From: an uncultured Acidimicrobiia bacterium
Lineage (GTDB): Bacteria; Actinomycetota; Acidimicrobiia; Spongiisociales; UBA5794
Assembly (NCBI GenBank): GCA_963753185.1
Contig: CAVWBO010000007.1
Location: 2,507,805-2,571,804, forward strand
DNA length: 64,000 nucleotides
Direction: 5' to 3'
Below, one piece after another: positions 1 through 9,698 of this stretch (position 1 is the stretch's first letter; each line of letters begins with the position of its first letter). Both the position numbers and the translations under genes were made by a program. Below the pieces are notes generated by a model that was not told the DNA's origin, ran no database searches, and saw only the letters and a list, made by a program, of their open reading frames with translations.

Positions 1-319
1 TCGTCTCGAACAGGTACGTTCGTGCCTCGGGCCGATGGTCGAGCACGACGTCGATGTGCGCCGCGATCAGCAGTCGTAGCGTTTCAGGTGGCTCGGCGCC
101 CATCGCGAGCGCTCCGGCCGCGGCGGCATCGAAGAAGCCTGCGCCGCGCTCGATCACGGCGACGAGGAGCTCCTGTTTCCCCCCGACGTGGGCATAGATC
201 GACGAGCCCAGGATCCCGAGATCGTCCCCCAGGTCCCTCATCGATGTCCCGTGGTACCCGTGCGTGGCGAACCGCCGCCCTGCGCCGGTCACGATGTCAT
301 CGCGCGTGAGGCGGCTCAT
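1..319 (-). CDS. TetR-family transcriptional regulator, 3'-truncated by window edge; candidate PaaR repressor of the adjacent paa operon
   Basis: Reverse-complement of 1-319 translates from ATG (317-319) as MSRLTRDDIVTGAGRRFATHGYHGTSMRDLGDDLGILGSSIYAHVGGKQELL..., a typical TetR N-terminal HTH. Its start overlaps the paaE stop (TCATG). Absent from the ORF track because no stop codon falls inside the window. Confidence 0.7.
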   Translation of the reverse strand, partial: MSRLTRDDIVTGAGRRFATHGYHGTSMRDLGDDLGILGSSIYAHVGGKQELLVAVIERGAGFFDAAAAGALAMGAEPPETLRLLIAAHIDVVLDHRPEARTYLFET

Positions 320-1377
320 ACGTCGTAGGTGAGCTCGACGACATCGGACACGGGATGGGACTGGCACGTGAGGATGTGACCGCCCGCCACTTCCTCACCA
401 TTGAGGCTCCAGTTCCTGTCCATCCGTACCTCTCCCTCGATCACCCGTGCCCGGCACGACGCACATGCCCCGCTCCGGCACGAGAACGGCCCTTCGGGCC
501 GTATCGACAAAACGTGGTCGAGGATGGGCGCGCCGTGGGGATCGATGACGACCGTCGACGTGCGCCCGTGGAGCGTGAAGCGCACGGTGGAACCGACGAC
601 GTCGTCCTCCGCGATCACCGGAGGCCCGTCACCTGCGTAGAACAGCTCGTCGAGGACGGCGTCCGATGGGACACCGCGATCTTCGAGGGCCCGGCGGGCA
701 TCCTCGACCATGCCGCGAGGACCGCACAGGAACCACCTGTCGATCGCGCCCGGATCGACGACGGTCGAGAAGAGCTGCCCGAGCTTCTCCGAGTCGATGC
801 GCCCCTCGAACAGGGGGACCATGTGGGATTCCCTGCTCAACACGTGCATGACCATGAAGCGATCCGGATATGCGCCCTTGAGGGCGTCGATCTCGTCGAG
901 GAACATGACCGAGCGACCCTCGCGGTTCCCATACACGAGGGTGAACGTGGCCTCCGGCTCATCCCTGAGTGTGGAAGCGATGATCGAGAGCACGGGTGTG
1001 ATGCCGCTCCCCGCTGCGATCGCGCCGTATGACCGCACGCCTGCCCGCGACGGAGAATGCACGAACTCCCCCGTCGGTGGAGTCGCTTCGATGACCGTGC
1101 CGGGCTCGAGCGTGCTGTTCGCCCACGTCGAGAAGGCTCCACCGCGCAGCAGCTTGATACCCACCTGGAGGGCGGTGCCGCCTGCGGGTGAGCAGATCGA
1201 GTAGCTCCTGCGGACATCGGCACCGTCGATCGACGTCCTGAGGATCATGTGCTGACCGGGAACATGGGTGTACAGCGATCGCAGGTCGTCGGGAACGTCG
1301 AACGTGACGCACACCGAATCGTCTGTCAACCGATCGACCGCACGCACCGTGAGGGGGTGGAACTCGACGGCTTCCAT
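316..1377 (-). CDS. paaE: 1,2-phenylacetyl-CoA epoxidase reductase subunit PaaE (ferredoxin-NADP reductase plus 2Fe-2S ferredoxin domain)
   Basis: 353 aa. FNR-like FAD/NAD-binding fold followed by a C-terminal CxxxxCxxC...C plant-type ferredoxin motif (CRSGACASCRARV). Last gene of a paaABCDE-ordered cluster. Confidence 0.85.
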   Translation of the reverse strand: MEAVEFHPLTVRAVDRLTDDSVCVTFDVPDDLRSLYTHVPGQHMILRTSIDGADVRRSYSICSPAGGTALQVGIKLLRGGAFSTWANSTLEPGTVIEATPPTGEFVHSPSRAGVRSYGAIAAGSGITPVLSIIASTLRDEPEATFTLVYGNREGRSVMFLDEIDALKGAYPDRFMVMHVLSRESHMVPLFEGRIDSEKLGQLFSTVVDPGAIDRWFLCGPRGMVEDARRALEDRGVPSDAVLDELFYAGDGPPVIAEDDVVGSTVRFTLHGRTSTVVIDPHGAPILDHVLSIRPEGPFSCRSGACASCRARVIEGEVRMDRNWSLNGEEVAGGHILTCQSHPVSDVVELTYDV

Positions 1378-1886
1378 CAGATCGCCTTGAATTGGTCGAA
1401 GGGCTCACCGCACGACGTGCACACGAGCATGCGCTTGCATGCCGTCGACGAGTACTCCGAGACGATGCGAGCCGTGGCTTCGGAGCAATTCGGGCACAGG
1501 ACCTCATCGATGATCCCGATGACGGACCCCGGTGGAGCGATACCGAACCCTGCGAGCTTGCGCTTGGCCTCGTCCGTCATCCACTCGGTCGTCCACGCAG
1601 GGGTGAACGTCATCTCCACGGATGCCTCGAACCCTTCCGACGCGAGGAGCGTCACGATGTCCTGCGCGATGACATCCATCGCGGGACATCCGGAGTACGT
1701 CGGTGTGATCGTCACGATGATGCGGCCGTCGGGATCCACGTCGACCCCCCGGAGAATGCCGATGTCGGCGATCGTGAGGACGGGGATCTCGGGATCCGTG
1801 ACCTGATCGAGCAGCAACCGGGCGGTCTCGGCGACGTCGACCGTGGCCGTCACCATGACAACCCCGGGTGGGAGCGCTGCATCCAC
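1377..1886 (-). CDS. paaD: phenylacetate-CoA oxygenase subunit PaaD (PaaJ), DUF59/SUF-like
   Basis: 169 aa. DUF59-type N-terminal region and C-terminal Cys cluster (CPNCS...CTSCGEPF). Start overlaps the paaE region by 1 nt. Position in the paa cluster. Confidence 0.8.
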   Translation of the reverse strand: MDAALPPGVVMVTATVDVAETARLLLDQVTDPEIPVLTIADIGILRGVDVDPDGRIIVTITPTYSGCPAMDVIAQDIVTLLASEGFEASVEMTFTPAWTTEWMTDEAKRKLAGFGIAPPGSVIGIIDEVLCPNCSEATARIVSEYSSTACKRMLVCTSCGEPFDQFKAI

Positions 1887-2617
1887 TGCAGCTGGGCGAG
1901 GAGGTGCCCGAGGTACTCGGTGTGCATCCCGACCCTGCCTCCCGACGTCTGGAAGGCGTCACTGCTGCGGGTCAGGGTCGCCTCCTCGAACACGGCATCG
2001 ACGGTTCGTTCCCAATCCGCGAGAAGATCCGACGATCGAGGAGCCACTCCCCCATCCGCGAGCTCGGCCTCCACATCGTCTGTCGCGCACAGCTCCGCGG
2101 TGAAGCGCCATAGTCCGTCGATCGAATCCTGGACCCTCCGGTGACTCTCAGGCGTGCCGTCGCCGAGGCGGATCATCCACGATGACGACCGACGGAGGTG
2201 GTAGGTCGCCTCCTTGAGGCCCTTTGCCGCGATGCCGGCGAGCTGGTCGTGTGTCGAGGTGCTCAGGTTCCGCCACAAGGGAACCTGATACGCGTCGAAG
2301 AAGAACTGGCGGGTCGTGAGGTACCCGAAGTCGACGTTCGGTTGCTCGACGAGCAGCACGTTCGTGAACTCTCGCTCGGAACGGAACATCGCAAAGTCGT
2401 CCTCGCTCCGACCGTCTCCTTCCACCTCCCCGGCGAGGGTGTAGAGGTGCCGCGCCATCCCGATGTGGTCGAGGCCGGTGTTGGCGATCGCGAGGTCCTC
2501 CTCGAGTTCTGGCGCGTGCGAGATGTACTCACCGAGGCGCTGGCCGATGACCAGGTTGTCGTCCGCCAGTCGAACGAGATAGGTGCCGAGTGCCGTCGAC
2601 GTCGTGACCGTGTTCAC
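1850..2617 (-). CDS. paaC: phenylacetate-CoA oxygenase subunit PaaC (PaaI)
   Basis: 255 aa ferritin-like structural subunit, lying between paaB and paaD. Overlaps paaD by 37 nt and paaB by 4 nt. Confidence 0.8.
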   Translation of the reverse strand: MNTVTTSTALGTYLVRLADDNLVIGQRLGEYISHAPELEEDLAIANTGLDHIGMARHLYTLAGEVEGDGRSEDDFAMFRSEREFTNVLLVEQPNVDFGYLTTRQFFFDAYQVPLWRNLSTSTHDQLAGIAAKGLKEATYHLRRSSSWMIRLGDGTPESHRRVQDSIDGLWRFTAELCATDDVEAELADGGVAPRSSDLLADWERTVDAVFEEATLTRSSDAFQTSGGRVGMHTEYLGHLLAQLQWMQRSHPGLSW

Positions 2618-2955
2618 AGCTGCCCGACCTCAGCGGGGATCTCGTAGAACGTCGGATGCCGGTACGGCTTGTCCTCGAACGGGGCGAACATCGAGTCCGG
2701 ATCATCGGACGCATGGATCTCGGTCGATGGGACGACCCAGACGCTGACCCCCTCGGCTCGCCTCGTGTAGCCGTCGCGCGCGTTTTGGATCGCCGTCTCG
2801 GCGTCAGGGGCGTGCAGCGAGCCGACGTGGGTGTGGCTGAGGCCGCGCTTGGCGCGAACGAACACCTCCCACAGGGGCCACCCGTGGTCCTTGTGGGCCC
2901 CGGTCGGCACGGCGACGGGCTCGTCACCGGGGGCGACGGGAACGTCGTAGCTCAT
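2614..2955 (-). CDS. paaB: phenylacetate-CoA oxygenase subunit PaaB
   Basis: The track ORF is 139 aa. I placed the start at the internal ATG ([36 protein letters not shown]...), giving a ~113-aa product (PaaB is ~95-100 aa). This start overlaps the paaA stop (ATGA). Confidence 0.8.
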   Translation of the reverse strand: MSYDVPVAPGDEPVAVPTGAHKDHGWPLWEVFVRAKRGLSHTHVGSLHAPDAETAIQNARDGYTRRAEGVSVWVVPSTEIHASDDPDSMFAPFEDKPYRHPTFYEIPAEVGQL

Positions 2956-3896
2956 GCGACCCCCTCCAGTCGGGCACTCGACTTCGCTGCATACGCCGTT
3001 GCGGCCTCGCGTACCCATGCGCCGTCGTTCCACGCCCGTGTCTTGTGGGCGATCCGTTCACGGTTGAGACGGCCATTTCCCTTGATCGTCGCCCAGAACT
3101 CGTCCCAGTCGATCTCGCCGATGTTCCAGTGGCCCGTCTCCTCATCGAAACGCAGATCGGGATCGGGGATGACGCAGCCGAGGTAGTGCGCCTGGGGCAC
3201 CGTCTGGTCGATGAACATCTGACGGAGGTCGTCGTTTGTGATGCGCTTGACCTTCCACGCCATCGACTGCTCCGTGTGGGAAGACTCCGAATCGTGGGGA
3301 CCGAACATCATCAGGGCGGGCCACCACCATCGATCGATCGCGTCCTGTGCCATCGCCTTCTGCTCGTCGGTTCCGTTGGCGAGGGCCATCATGATCGAGT
3401 AGCCCTGGCGTGCATGGAAGCTCTCCTCCTTGCAGATCTTGACCATCGCACGCGAGTACGGCCCGTACGACGTTCCCTGGAGCACGATCTGGTTGACGAT
3501 GGCTGCACCGTCGACGAGCCAGCCGATCGCTCCCATGTCCGCCCACGACAGGGTCGGATAGTTGAAGATCGACGAGTACTTCTGCTCGCCTGCGTGGAGG
3601 AGGTCCTGCAACTCGTCGCGCGACACGCCGAGCGTCTCAGCGGCCGAGTAGAGGTAGAGGCCGTGGCCCGCCTCGTCCTGGACCTTCGCCATGAGGATCG
3701 CCTTGCGAAGGAGGGTCGGCGCGCGAGTGATCCAGTTCGCCTCAGGCTGCATGCCGATGACCTCGCTGTGTGCGTGCTGGGCCATCTGCCGTATGAGCGT
3801 CGCCCGGTAACCGTCCGGCATCCAGTCGCGGGGTTCGACCTTCTCGTCAGCGGCGATGATCGCGTCGAATGCCTGTTGTCGTGTCACGTGGTCCAC
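2952..3896 (-). CDS. paaA: 1,2-phenylacetyl-CoA epoxidase catalytic subunit PaaA
   Basis: Strong similarity to PaaA ([39 protein letters not shown]...[10 protein letters not shown]...[11 protein letters not shown]). GTG start at 3896 is preceded by GGAGAGGAGG and gives 21 residues before the DWMPD motif, as in E. coli PaaA. The track's TTG at 3929 has no RBS and lies inside the operator palindrome. Confidence 0.8.
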   Translation of the reverse strand: MDHVTRQQAFDAIIAADEKVEPRDWMPDGYRATLIRQMAQHAHSEVIGMQPEANWITRAPTLLRKAILMAKVQDEAGHGLYLYSAAETLGVSRDELQDLLHAGEQKYSSIFNYPTLSWADMGAIGWLVDGAAIVNQIVLQGTSYGPYSRAMVKICKEESFHARQGYSIMMALANGTDEQKAMAQDAIDRWWWPALMMFGPHDSESSHTEQSMAWKVKRITNDDLRQMFIDQTVPQAHYLGCVIPDPDLRFDEETGHWNIGEIDWDEFWATIKGNGRLNRERIAHKTRAWNDGAWVREAATAYAAKSSARLEGVA

Positions 3897-3926
3897 GTGC
3901 CTCCTCTCCTCGAGGCAGGAGGGTAT

Positions 3927-3944
3927 CAAACGAACGTTCGTTTG
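3927..3944. promoter_or_regulatory. Putative PaaR (TetR) operator: perfect 18-bp palindrome CAAACGAACGTTCGTTTG upstream of paaA
   Basis: Perfect inverted repeat. Matches the CNAACGNNCGTTNG motif I recall for Thermus thermophilus PaaR. Lies ~30 bp upstream of the proposed paaA GTG start, with a TetR gene at the other end of the operon. Confidence 0.6.
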
Positions 3945-3986
3945 TAAACCTGATCCCGTCCCCAGGTGGCATGCCTCGGCCCGCGA

Positions 3987-6900
3987 TCAGGGAACGAGGA
4001 TCTGGTGGAGTCGGCGGGTCGCGATGAAGCCCGCGGATACGTCGAGGATCCCGTCCCTCGCAAGCCATCGGTGCCACCGCTCGATGCGGGGCATGACGCG
4101 GTCGTTGGCTTCGATGAAGGCATCGATCGAACCGTCCGCCTCGGCCAGGATCGCCGCGACGACCTCTCGCCGGAGTATCTGGAGGTCATCACGCAGGGCG
4201 GCGATCGCAAGGCGATCGAAGGCGGTGGTTCCCGGAAGGAGGCGGATCTGGCGCTCGATCCAGCCGATCATGAACTCCTGGCTCGCCTGGGTGTAGATCT
4301 CGGCGACCTCCATCACGTCGCGCTCGAAGCGGTTCGCGAGATCGACGATGTCAGGTCCGCGCCGCAGGACGCGCTGGTAGGCGTGCCGCACCGCCAAGTC
4401 GGCTGGTACCCCCTGTGCCACCAGGTCCGAGGCGACCCGCTCGTACGGTTCGCGCCACTCAGCGGGCCCGAGTGTGGGGAACCCGTCCGAGAGCCTTGCG
4501 AACTCCTCTTTCGCAGCGGCGATCTCCTCGTCGATGCTGAGTGTCTGGCTCTGCATGAGGTACCAACGGGACACGAGGGTCACGAGCAGGTCGATGTCCT
4601 GGAGCATGATGCGGGCAGTCTCGGGCCGCACCGATGCACCGAGTTCCTCGACCGCCAGCCACCTGCTCGACGCGTCCGTGACGGCCCTGGCTATCCGGTA
4701 GGCCCTCACGATCATGGCAGCGGACGAACCCGAAACGGTGCGCATCCTCGAGTAGTAGGTGCTGCCCTGGGAGTTGAGTACCTGGTTCGCCACGATCGTC
4801 GAGATCAGCTCTCGGCGGAGGGGGTGGTCGAGGATCAGGTGCCCAAAGCGCTCGACGATGCTCGGGGGAAAATACGCGAGGAGGTCAGGGACGAAGTGCT
4901 CGTCATCGGGGAGGGTCGACACCCTGAGATGTTCGGTCAGGCTCATCTTCGCGTAGGCGAGGAGGACCGCGATCTCGGGCCGTGACATGCCCTTGCCCTC
5001 GCGCGATCGTTGGGTCATGTCCTCGGTGCTCGGGAGGAACTCGATGTCCCTCGTCAGGAGTCCCTCGCGTTCGAGGCGGTCCGTCAGCTCGATGTACGCC
5101 TCGATCGTTCGTTGGGAGTTCTCGGCCTCCTGGGAGATCATCTGCGCTTGGAGGAAGTTGTCGTACAGGATGGCCCTCACGACATCGCCGGAGACCGACT
5201 CGATGATCTCGTCGCGCTCGGATCTGGTGATCTCGCCTGCTTCCTCGGCCATCCGCAGCAGGATCTTCAGGTTGACCTCCCTGTCCGAGGCATGGACGCC
5301 GCCAGAGTTGTCGATGAAGTCCGTGAAGATGCGGCCGCCGTTGTTGTCGAACTCGATACGGCCGAGCTGGGTGAAGCCGAGGTTGCCGCCCTCGCCGACG
5401 ACACGGCACCTGAGGTCGCGTGCGTCGACTCGCACGGCGTCGTTGGATCGATCCTGCACCTCGGCATTCGTCTCGTACCTCGACTTGACATAGGTGCCGA
5501 TGCCTCCGTTCCACAGGAGGTCGACCGGTGCCGTGAGGATGATCCGAATCAACTCGTTGGGGGTCGCGAACTCGGCATCCGTGCCAAGGACTTTCCTCAT
5601 CTCCGGGGTCAGGTCGATCCGCTTCAAGGACCGGGGAAACACGCCGCCACCGTCGGAGATGACGTTCGGGTCATAGTCCTGCCACGAGGACCGCCCGAGG
5701 CCTGCAAGGCGATTTCGCTCGGTCCACGCCGTGGCGCCATCCGGGTCCGGGTCGATGAAGATGTGGCGGTGGTCGAATGCGGCGACGAGCCTGAGGTGCT
5801 TGGACAGGAGCATCCCGTTGCCGAAGACGTCCCCGGACATGTCGCCGATCCCGACGGCAGTGATCGGGTCGGCATCGACGTCGACACCGAGGTCGAAGAA
5901 GTGGCGGCGAACCGATTCCCACGCCCCGCGGGCGGTGATGCCGAGTGCCTTGTGGTCGTAGCCAGCTGACCCCCCTGAGGCAAAGGCGTCGTCGAGCCAG
6001 AAGCCGTACTCGGCTGCCAAGGCGTTTGCCGTATCCGAAAAGGATGCAGTTCCCTTGTCTGCGGCAACGACGAGGTACGGATCGTCGTCGTCGTGGCGTA
6101 CGACGTCATGCGGCTCCACGACCGAGTCCCCGACCCGATTGTCGGTGATGTCGAGGAGACCGCGTATGAAGGTCGAATAGGCGGCCCGAACCTCGTCGTA
6201 GGTCGGCCCAGCTGCATCGGCGTGGCGCTTCACCACGAAGCCACCTTTGGCCCCTGTCGGCACGATGACGGCGTTCTTGGTCATCTGCGCCTTCATCAGC
6301 CCGAGCACCTCTGTCCGATAGTCCTCACGCCGATCGGACCAGCGGATGCCTCCCCTGGCGACCATGCCACCACGGAGGTGGACACCCTCGACGTCGCGAC
6401 CCGAGACGTAGATCTCGAAGAGTGGGGCTGGTTCCGGCATGTCCGGAATGATGCCGGACCGGAACTTGAGGGACAGGGTGGTGCGGCCCGGGATCCGGTA
6501 GTTCGTCCGCTCGGTTGCCCTGATGAGGTCGAGGAATCCGCGCAGGATGCGGTCCTCGTCGAGCGACGACACGTCGTTGAGGGCCCTGACGATGGAGGTC
6601 ACGATCGCGTGTTCGACGTCGGCGTCGTGGTCGGCTGAGAACCGTGCCTGGAACAACCGAACGATCATCTCGGCGACCTCCGGGTGCGCAGCGAGGGTGT
6701 CGTCGACGTAGCCAACCGAGAATGCAGGTGTCACCAACCGCCAGTAGGCACGGTACGCGCGCAGGATGGTCAGGTCCTGGTGGTCGAGTGTGCTCGAGAT
6801 GAGGAGGCGATGGAGGCTGTCTGACTCGGCTTCACCCCTCAGGACCGCCTCGACTGCCGCCTCGATTCGCGGCCCATCCGTGTCGACGTCGAGCAGTCCG

Positions 6901-8777
6901 CCGTCCCTGGTGAGGACGCCGAAATCGTGGATGAACGTCCCCTGCTCGTTCTTCAGCCTCGTCGGGACCTCCTCGACGACGGCGAGCCCGAGATGCTCGA
7001 TGAGGGGCATCATCTCCGAGAGGTTCAACTTCCCGGAGGATCGATACACCGTGATGCGCGACAAGCGGTCCGTCGTCGCAGCGCCACTCGACGCCGCCTC
7101 GTTCTGGACGCCGACGGCGACCTCCTGCCCGGACTTCGTGAGGCTTTCGAGCTTGAGGATGTCCCCCGCGGCGATCTCGATCGGCATGGACGTCTTGTAG
7201 TAGGTCGGGAAGAGGCCCGCCCACTCCCCACCCAGTCGCTTCGCGGTTCCCTCGTCGACCCGTGACATGAGCTCCTCGACGACCCTGTCGTCCCAGTTCC
7301 TCGCCATGCTGATGACGGTTCGTTCGAGCTCCGCTATGTCGACGTCGATCGGCGACCCCTCGTCGACCCACACGCTGAAGTGGATCCTGGCGTCTCCGGA
7401 TTCACCGAGAGCCAATCGGTAGTCGATGGCGTGGCCACCGAAGGTCCTCAGGAACAGCTCCTGGAGCTGCTTCCTCAGATCGGCGTTGAACCTGTCCCGT
7501 GGAAGGGTCACGAGCGTTCCGACGTAGCGGCTGAGGGCGTCGTGGCGCACGAACAACCGAGTGGTCGATGCCTCCTCGGTCTCGACGAGATCCCCGAGCA
7601 CGTCGGTGAGTGCATCGACGTTCATGGCGAACAGATCGTCCTTCGGGAACGACTCGAAGACGTGAACGAGCGATTTGTAGTCGTGGGAGCCCTCGATCAC
7701 GTCCTGATCGACGAGGACCTGGGCGAGCTTGCGCCTCAGCACGGGGATCTCGGACGCAGGAGTCATGTACGCCTTCGAGGTGAAGAGTCCGAGGAGTCGG
7801 AGCTCGGCGACCATCTCGCCGAGCTCGTTGATCTGGCGCATCCCGACGTAGTCCATCCGTGCGTCGCGGTGAACCGACGCATGTCGGTTCGTCTTCGTGA
7901 TGACGAGTAGAGATCCCCCGGTGTAGCGGTCCCGAAGGTGCGGCGGAAGGTCTGCGAGAGGGATGGACGATGGCTCCGCACCGTCTGGCGCGAGGATCCC
8001 GAGCCCGCTGTCTGGTATCGCCGAGACGAGCTTGCCCCGATCCGAGTCGGTGATCGCGTACGTCCGATAGCCGAGGAACACGAAGTTGTCGTCCAGCAGC
8101 CACTCGAGGAAGGCGACAGTCTCTGCCACATCTTCGTAGTCGTAGAAGTGGACGCTCGCCTTCGCGACGTCTTCCATCTCGGAGACCTTCGCTCGCATCG
8201 GATCGAAGTCCCGCACCGCGCACTCGACGTCCCTGAGCGCATTGCGTATGGCTTCGGTGAGCTGTGCCTCCTCGTCAGGCTCCAGGACGCGGGACAACTC
8301 GACGTGCTGGATCGACTCGCGATGGGTACTCCCGCGGGCCGCCGACAGTGCGGTGATACGTCCATCGGTATTGCGAACCGTGCCAACCACAGGATGCAGG
8401 TGGCGCTCGATGCCCGCGTTCATGCGGCCGACCGCCATGGTGATCGAGTCCACGAGGAACGGGCTGTCGTCCGCCACGACCTGGACGACAGAGCCCTCGA
8501 TCTCGTAGCCGCAGGCTGCCAGCGTCGGCCTGAAGACGCGCACCGCGGTCTCACCCTTCCGGCGTTCGTCGATGAACGACAGGAGGTCCACGACCTCGGC
8601 GAGGAGCTGTTCGGGGGTGAGGTCGGGAACGTCTGCGTCGGGAAGGCGCTTGAGGTACAGCGTCGCGAACGTTCGCAACATGTCGCGGTACTCGGGCGGT
8701 TCCTCCGCTTCGATCAGGTCGAGGAGCTGATCGACCAGCGATGCATGGGGAGTCTCGGCACCCTCGGTTCCGACCAT
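3987..8777 (-). CDS. gdh: NAD-specific glutamate dehydrogenase, large (~180 kDa) class
   Basis: ORF of ~1600 aa with the characteristic GDH catalytic core (GGMVARGGIRWSDRREDYRTEVLGLMKAQMTKNAVIVPTGAKGGFV) flanked by long N- and C-terminal regions. Start set at MVGTEG (ATG at 8777). An upstream in-frame ATG at 8858 is the alternative. Confidence 0.85.
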   Translation of the reverse strand: MVGTEGAETPHASLVDQLLDLIEAEEPPEYRDMLRTFATLYLKRLPDADVPDLTPEQLLAEVVDLLSFIDERRKGETAVRVFRPTLAACGYEIEGSVVQVVADDSPFLVDSITMAVGRMNAGIERHLHPVVGTVRNTDGRITALSAARGSTHRESIQHVELSRVLEPDEEAQLTEAIRNALRDVECAVRDFDPMRAKVSEMEDVAKASVHFYDYEDVAETVAFLEWLLDDNFVFLGYRTYAITDSDRGKLVSAIPDSGLGILAPDGAEPSSIPLADLPPHLRDRYTGGSLLVITKTNRHASVHRDARMDYVGMRQINELGEMVAELRLLGLFTSKAYMTPASEIPVLRRKLAQVLVDQDVIEGSHDYKSLVHVFESFPKDDLFAMNVDALTDVLGDLVETEEASTTRLFVRHDALSRYVGTLVTLPRDRFNADLRKQLQELFLRTFGGHAIDYRLALGESGDARIHFSVWVDEGSPIDVDIAELERTVISMARNWDDRVVEELMSRVDEGTAKRLGGEWAGLFPTYYKTSMPIEIAAGDILKLESLTKSGQEVAVGVQNEAASSGAATTDRLSRITVYRSSGKLNLSEMMPLIEHLGLAVVEEVPTRLKNEQGTFIHDFGVLTRDGGLLDVDTDGPRIEAAVEAVLRGEAESDSLHRLLISSTLDHQDLTILRAYRAYWRLVTPAFSVGYVDDTLAAHPEVAEMIVRLFQARFSADHDADVEHAIVTSIVRALNDVSSLDEDRILRGFLDLIRATERTNYRIPGRTTLSLKFRSGIIPDMPEPAPLFEIYVSGRDVEGVHLRGGMVARGGIRWSDRREDYRTEVLGLMKAQMTKNAVIVPTGAKGGFVVKRHADAAGPTYDEVRAAYSTFIRGLLDITDNRVGDSVVEPHDVVRHDDDDPYLVVAADKGTASFSDTANALAAEYGFWLDDAFASGGSAGYDHKALGITARGAWESVRRHFFDLGVDVDADPITAVGIGDMSGDVFGNGMLLSKHLRLVAAFDHRHIFIDPDPDGATAWTERNRLAGLGRSSWQDYDPNVISDGGGVFPRSLKRIDLTPEMRKVLGTDAEFATPNELIRIILTAPVDLLWNGGIGTYVKSRYETNAEVQDRSNDAVRVDARDLRCRVVGEGGNLGFTQLGRIEFDNNGGRIFTDFIDNSGGVHASDREVNLKILLRMAEEAGEITRSERDEIIESVSGDVVRAILYDNFLQAQMISQEAENSQRTIEAYIELTDRLEREGLLTRDIEFLPSTEDMTQRSREGKGMSRPEIAVLLAYAKMSLTEHLRVSTLPDDEHFVPDLLAYFPPSIVERFGHLILDHPLRRELISTIVANQVLNSQGSTYYSRMRTVSGSSAAMIVRAYRIARAVTDASSRWLAVEELGASVRPETARIMLQDIDLLVTLVSRWYLMQSQTLSIDEEIAAAKEEFARLSDGFPTLGPAEWREPYERVASDLVAQGVPADLAVRHAYQRVLRRGPDIVDLANRFERDVMEVAEIYTQASQEFMIGWIERQIRLLPGTTAFDRLAIAALRDDLQILRREVVAAILAEADGSIDAFIEANDRVMPRIERWHRWLARDGILDVSAGFIATRRLHQILVP

Positions 8778-8878
8778 GGTCGCGAGGCTAGACGGCTGCG
8801 GGCGGGGATGCCGTGGTTTCTCGCCGATCCGATCACTGGAGCCCCGCTTCGGTATCATCCTCCGGATCGAGGAGGATC

Positions 8879-9649
8879 ATGGCGAACCCAACCCTACAGA
8901 AGCAATTCGGCGAGTACTCGGCGGTCACGGACGCGACGCTCGAAGCAGAACCGGTGTCCCCGTTCGAATCGAACACCGACGCCATGACGATCAGCGGCAC
9001 CGCAGCTCGCACCGGCGTGCTGCTCGCCCTCGTGGTCGGCGCCGGCGCATGGGGATGGGGCCAGGTCGATCCCGCAACGGGAGATGCATCCATACCGGGC
9101 TGGTGGCTCCTCCTGATGCTCGGAGCGTTCGTGCTCGCGATCGTCACAGCCTTCAGGCCGAGGATCGCGATCGTCACCGGCCCCATCTATGCGATTGCCA
9201 TGGGAGCGATCGTCGGCACCATCAGCCACATCTACGACGCCGAGTTCGAGGGGATCGTGCTCCAGGCGATCATGGCGACGGTTGCGGTCTTCTTCGGCAT
9301 GCTTGTCCTGTTCGTAACGCGGACCATCCGCGTCACGAACCGCGTCCGCGGCGTCATCATCGGGGCAACAGTCGGTATCGCGCTCTTCTACCTCGCGAGC
9401 ATCCTGCTGTCGCTCTTCGGCGTCGGCATTCCGCTCGTGTGGGACAGCGGCCCGATAGGGATCCTCTTCAGCGCCTTCGTCGTGGTGGTCGCCGCCTTCA
9501 ACCTCATGCTCGACTTCGACATGATCGAGCGTGGCGTCCAGGCAGGCGCACCCAAGAGCCTCGAGTGGTATGGCGCGTTCGGTCTGATGGTGACGATCAT
9601 CTGGATGTACATCGAGATCCTCCGCCTCATCAGCAAGGTGCGCAACTGA
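8879..9649 (+). CDS. Bax inhibitor-1/YccA family (TMBIM) membrane protein
   Basis: Seven predicted TM segments and the typical BI-1 C-terminal region. Start at MANPTLQKQF, preceded by GAGGAGGATC. Divergent from gdh. Confidence 0.75.
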   Translation: MANPTLQKQFGEYSAVTDATLEAEPVSPFESNTDAMTISGTAARTGVLLALVVGAGAWGWGQVDPATGDASIPGWWLLLMLGAFVLAIVTAFRPRIAIVTGPIYAIAMGAIVGTISHIYDAEFEGIVLQAIMATVAVFFGMLVLFVTRTIRVTNRVRGVIIGATVGIALFYLASILLSLFGVGIPLVWDSGPIGILFSAFVVVVAAFNLMLDFDMIERGVQAGAPKSLEWYGAFGLMVTIIWMYIEILRLISKVRN

Positions 9650-9698
9650 ACGCATCCGCATCTACGGGTACCCAGCCAACCGTCGGTAGCGTTGACCC

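Noticed and set aside
22-309. Plus-strand 95-aa ORF at the window start.
   Set aside because: The opposite strand encodes a clear TetR-family N-terminal HTH. The plus-strand ORF is Arg/Pro-rich antisense noise typical of high-GC DNA.
3927-3929. TTG at 3929 as the paaA start (longest ORF).
   Set aside because: It has no RBS and lies inside the operator palindrome. It would add 11 residues not present in characterised PaaA proteins. GTG 3896 with a strong RBS is preferred.
3966-4985. 339-aa plus-strand ORF.
   Set aside because: Entirely antisense to the strongly supported NAD-glutamate dehydrogenase gene. Composition consistent with a GC-skewed antisense frame.
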